Shown here: positions 22,404 to 23,434 of the stretch, one piece after another
How the letters are laid out: every line of letters starts with the position of its first letter
Numbering within the stretch: position 1 is the stretch's first letter
Origin: Thermoplasmatota archaeon
GTDB taxonomy: Archaea > Thermoplasmatota > E2 > JACPAO01 > JAHFTW01
NCBI GenBank assembly: GCA_041622435.1
Contig: JBFJYU010000012.1
Location: 1-23,434 of the forward strand
Direction of reading: 5' to 3'
Length of the DNA: 23,434 bases
Position numbers and translations under genes: made by a program
Notes under the pieces: generated by a model
Databases searched by the model: none
What the model was told of the DNA's origin: nothing
Seen by the model: the letters and a program-made list of their open reading frames with translations, nothing else

Positions 22404-23434
22404 CAAGCCGCCTTCGCCGCGATCCAATCCTGCTTGAAGCACTCCTCAAGGACCCCCGCATCCTCCGACGTCGGGAGCACCTCCGCCAGGTGATCAGCGT
22501 ACGAGCCACCCGACCAAGGCGTGCCATCAACCGTGAATTCACCCCCGGCGTACTCGCCGATGGCGCGGTTGAACCTGAAATCCGGCACCACGAGGCGCGG
22601 CTCGCCGTCGGGCACCTGCTGATTCAACAAGTGCACCTCGCGAACGATTTCGTCACGGTACTGGGCCCGGGCGCGCTCGTTCAAGTGCTTCTTGTCCACC
22701 GGCTCGCCCGCCGCCGCAGCCTCGGCCTCATCGTAGCGACCCTTGATGCCCCACACGTACGCCCACTCCGCCGAGCCCGACTCGTCCTTGCCAAACAAAT
22801 CAAACGCCGTCGGAATCCACTTGTTGAAATAGCGCTGCACCACCGGAATCGGAACCACGCCGGCCTTGACAATCCGGCGCAAACCATTGGCGCCCGTGCC
22901 CAAATGGAACGACTCCTCCTTCAGCATCGGCCCCATCGACGCCGCCAACGGCTTGAACGCCGACGTGGACAACATCTTGAGTTGATACTTGCCATCCCGA
23001 TCCACGAATTGTGTGAACGTAAAGAAATCCAGCCAATGGTCGCACGGCTCATTGAAGGAACCCAAAAGCCGCGTGCTCTGCTGGGCGTTGCGCTCCAGCA
23101 ACTTCTGCGCCTCCCGCGCCCCCGCATGACCAAAATGCTCCATTAAAACGTGACACATTTGCCACCCATGCCGCTGCTCCTCCGCCATGATGCGCAGCGC
23201 CGACTTTCGATCATACTCCGTCGGCGCCGACGCCAACAAATGACGCTGCTGCTCAACCGAAGCGAACTCCGTATCGCCCTGCACCGCAATCAAATGCAAC
23301 AACGCATCCCGAATGTTCTGATGCGGAATCTGCAACGGCCGCTCCCACTTCGGCCGCCCGGCGAAATCGCCGTACTCAATCTCCGGCGCCACATTCTCAT
23401 AATCGTACTTGGCCTCGAACGAGTAATCGCCCAA
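22403..23434 (-). CDS. BoxB-like diiron benzoyl-CoA oxygenase (benzoyl-CoA 2,3-epoxidase component B family). C-terminal ~343 aa; the N-terminus lies beyond the window end.
   Basis: AVQGDTEFASVEQQRHL, MAEEQRHGWQMCHVLMEHFG (an ExxH diiron ligand motif) and FNEPCDHWLDFFTFTQFVDRDGKYQL closely parallel conserved BoxB blocks (VTQGDTEPASVEQQRHL, EEGRHLW...HAHFG, FNEKTPDWLSFFMFTFITDRDGKFQL). The leading M in the track is a TTG artefact at the window edge. Confidence 0.6.
   Translation of the reverse strand: MGDYSFEAKYDYENVAPEIEYGDFAGRPKWERPLQIPHQNIRDALLHLIAVQGDTEFASVEQQRHLLASAPTEYDRKSALRIMAEEQRHGWQMCHVLMEHFGHAGAREAQKLLERNAQQSTRLLGSFNEPCDHWLDFFTFTQFVDRDGKYQLKMLSTSAFKPLAASMGPMLKEESFHLGTGANGLRRIVKAGVVPIPVVQRYFNKWIPTAFDLFGKDESGSAEWAYVWGIKGRYDEAEAAAAGEPVDKKHLNERARAQYRDEIVREVHLLNQQVPDGEPRLVVPDFRFNRAIGEYAGGEFTVDGTPWSGGSYADHLAEVLPTSEDAGVLEECFKQDWIAAKAA

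Noticed and set aside
1-23434. Scan for tRNA/rRNA genes and for transposase/integrase-like ORFs
   Set aside because: No T-loop-like GTTCRANNC contexts with matching acceptor stems were seen, and no ORF resembles DDE or tyrosine recombinases. Mobile elements and RNA genes are therefore not reported.

Overview
GC-rich (roughly two-thirds G+C) prokaryotic chromosomal segment carrying about 24 plausible genes, with no transposases or integrases visible. Real genes use GGAGG/GAGGT Shine-Dalgarno motifs and very high GC3. Many ORFs in the six-frame track are long antisense shadow ORFs typical of GC-rich DNA and are not called. Content by position: (i) the N-terminal part of an archaeal/eukaryotic-type prolyl-tRNA synthetase, running off the left edge; (ii) redox and catabolic enzymes: an NmrA-like SDR, an aldehyde dehydrogenase, three crotonase-family enoyl-CoA hydratases, a 3-hydroxyacyl-CoA dehydrogenase, an amidohydrolase-2 enzyme, a TPP-dependent 2-oxoacid dehydrogenase E1 alpha/beta pair without E2/E3, and a BoxB-like diiron benzoyl-CoA oxygenase running off the right edge; (iii) a KamA-family radical-SAM aminomutase-like gene next to an Hsp20; (iv) membrane quality-control genes, a stomatin/SPFH protein and a long-form NfeD serine protease, located 6 kb apart rather than in the usual operon; (v) strongly acidic exported proteins: a metallophosphoesterase lipoprotein, a galactose-oxidase-like copper radical oxidase, and three small secreted Cys/His-rich proteins. 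The most unusual region is 11.6-15.4 kb. There a tandem trio of small secreted cysteine-rich proteins lies immediately upstream of a 742-aa single-pass membrane protein whose cytoplasmic tail is two winged-helix DNA-binding domains, i.e. a membrane-tethered one-component regulator with a large uncharacterised ectodomain. This is followed by a degenerate repeat array of about 120-bp period whose units carry hairpins with compensatory substitutions and whose last unit is the 3' end of the E1-beta gene. Other non-genic signals are a 13-bp x4.4 tandem repeat upstream of the lipoprotein gene, a CATGAA-N8-TTCATG palindrome abutting a crotonase start, and several GC-clamp hairpins. Taxonomy cannot be settled from sequence alone: archaeal-type ProRS plus acidic exoproteins plus SD usage is compatible with a euryarchaeon or with bacterial lineages that carry archaeal-type ProRS. 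All functional calls are from motif recognition by eye; no database search was possible.
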